From Leucoraja ocellata (lineage: Eukaryota): a stretch of 64,000 nt of DNA. Where the stretch lies: the NCBI GenBank assembly GCA_036785375.1, contig JAWMAR010000471.1:930001-994000 (forward strand). The letters run 5' to 3'. Of this stretch, positions 61,901-64,000 are shown piece by piece. The notes under the pieces were generated by a model that saw only the letters and a list, made by a program, of their open reading frames with translations, was not told the DNA's origin and ran no database searches. Position 1 is the first letter of the stretch, and each line of letters starts with the position of its first letter. A program made the position numbers and the translations under genes.

Positions 61901-63786
61901 GTCCTGCCTGGATTCCCACTTTTGCAATGAAATGTTTAACTGAGATGTTCAAATGTTTCTGTTGACTCCTTTGAAAATCAATCCAGAATGACTCCCTAAA
62001 ACACCCACAGGCAATGGGTGAACCTATCTCTGTTCATTTGCAATTGCCGGCTCTGACAGTCCTTAACAAATCCACAGATACCATCCGCCTCTCTGTGAGT
62101 CGCTGCATTGATGTTTAAGATAGTTTGGGACTTCTATCCGATTGGGGAAATATGCACTATGTTGATTTCATTTGAAACGTTCTCCGCTTCTATCTTGGTT
62201 GTTCTGTGAGTATTGTTCTCTTAAGTATTTTTGCGTAGCCTATTTCCTTCGCTCCAACGATGCTGCTGCTCCCGCTGAGTTTGTCCATCATTTTTGTGTA
62301 CCTTCCTTTAAAGCGAATTTCAGTATAGTCATTTTTCTTGGAACATTGTTATTCGACAATAGACATTAAGTGCAGTAGTGGGCCATTCTGACCTTCAAGT
62401 CAGCACCGCCACTCACCGCGACCATGGCTGAACATCCACAATCACTCCACCGCTCCTGCCCCCCCCCCCCCCCCCCCCCACACCACCAACACTGTTCCAT
62501 TCCATTAGCCCCAAGACATCTATCTAACTCTGTCCCGAACGCATCCCGACAATATCTGGATTATGTTTAATGCCAGCCTTCCAGTGTCTTCCAGTGTATT
62601 TCTTCTGCCCATGTATCCTTATTTCCTGACAGTCAGCAAATAGGTATCCATTGAAAAAAGGCCACATTAACGAATACTTTCCCCAGAAAACACTTACATA
62701 CTTAAATACAATGTAATTAAGTTATTTACGTTAAGTAAATTTACCTCATTGACATAGAACGTTCTTGAATAGATACTTAAAGAAAACACACATATGCTGA
62801 CCGAAAACTAGGGGGTGGCGAGGCTTGAGAGATTCGTTTTATCACTACTCACAATCTGTCTCCCGCTGTCCACAGCTAATTTGATGACGACTGTGATACT
62901 AGCACAGGGAAGATGCGGGCTCTCCAAATGTATCAGCCGCTATCTGTTGTCCATGGCGGTGATGGACTTCCTAGTCATCGTGGCGGCAGTGATATTAAGC
63001 CGTCTGCGAGCTCTTTATTTCCCCGATAGTTTGCTATCCACCACTCCCGGCTGCAGCCTCGTTATTGCGTTCAGTTGGTTTTTCAAGGACACTTCCGCCT
63101 GGTTAACGGTGGCGTTCACCTTCGATCGATTCATCGCCATTTGCTGTCCGCATCTGAAAGTCCGATATTGCACGGAGAAAATAGCGACTGGCGTCATCGG
63201 AACGGTGTGTGTGTTGTACTGTGTAAAAAACGTACCTTTCTTTTTTACATATGAACCTGCGTATGTGTTGGATAATATACCTTGGTACTGCAGCCTAAAG
63301 GATGTCTATTATACTTCACTTGCATGGAAGATATATGACTGGCTACTCTATATGGTAAACCCATGCGTACCGTTCGTGCTCATTTTGCTTCTCAATGTTT
63401 TCACGGTCAGGCACATTGTAGCGGCCAGCAGCGCCCGCAAGAGATTGCGAGCTCAGAGCCATGGGGATAAGCAGAATGACCCAGAGATGGAGAGCAGGAG
63501 AAAGTCCATTATTATACTATTCGCCATTTCGGGCAGCTTCCTGATCTTGCGATTGAACAATTTTGTTAATTTTGTAATGGTGCAATTTTTCAACAAAAAT
63601 TATGCGAACAATTCCAATTCCACCAACCCAATGTTCATTCTGCAAGAAAGCGGTTACATGATGGAACTTCTCAGTTCATGCACCAACACGTGCATTTATG
63701 CGGGTACTCAGGCTAAATTCAGAGAACAGTTGAAGAATCTGGTCAAATGGCCCTTCGAGGCAATTTGCAATCGATTCAAACAATAG
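58936..63786 (+). CDS. GPCR-4: GPR139/GPR142-like class A GPCR, two exons, 326 aa, intact
   Basis: Exon 1 58936-59005 (MHAPERARIFAVYYTALAVFGVP + G|GTAAAC); exon 2 62876-63786 (CCACAG|CT): ANLMTTVILAQGRCGLSKC...DTSAWLTVAFTFDRF...SSCTNTCIY. The intron contains an assembly gap. Confidence 0.9.
59190..59575 (+). mobile_element. L2-like LINE 3' fragment in GPCR-4 intron
   Basis: SELLHPYAPARCLRSADQLLL...GDRAFSVAAPALWNTLP. Confidence 0.75.
60110..60753 (+). mobile_element. CR1-like LINE 3' fragment in GPCR-4 intron
   Basis: LVRPHLEYCVQFWSP with a TTTCTATG tail; inserted into the non-coding repeat shared with 497-1935. Confidence 0.88.
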
Positions 63787-64000
63787 GAACGACTGAAATA
63801 TCTTGTCTCGGATTCCTAATAAACAAGTGGAAAGTTAATTGCCAACGGAGCAGGAGTTGTGTTTTTATTTTATTTTTAGCTACACGGTCTAGGTTCTGAA
63901 TGATGAGTACTGTGAAACATAGAAACATAGAAACATAGAAATTAGGCGCAGTAGTAGGCCATTCGGCCCTTCGAGCCTGCACCGCCATTCAATATGATCA

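Overview
Repeat-rich vertebrate genomic DNA with seven assembly gaps, inferred to be from an elasmobranch (shark, skate or ray) on the basis of its CR1-like LINE and V-SINE content. The window contains five T-cell receptor alpha/delta-type V gene segments, each with a leader exon, a phase-1 intron, a V exon and a 23-bp-spacer RSS. No D, J or C segments were seen. Interleaved with them are four two-exon class A GPCR genes of the GPR139/GPR142-like family: three intact and one with a single TGG>TGA nonsense codon. All four GPCRs have a 70-nt first coding exon that the ORF track misses. The nine genes alternate strand strictly (+ - + - + - + - +) and form head-to-head pairs. The rest is mostly transposons: CR1, L2, L1 and Rex LINE fragments, Penelope-like ends with minimal hammerhead motifs, Helitrons carrying minisatellites, a Harbinger-like MITE and a V-SINE. 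The most notable signal is an orphan GPCR family embedded in a RAG-rearranging TCR V array.
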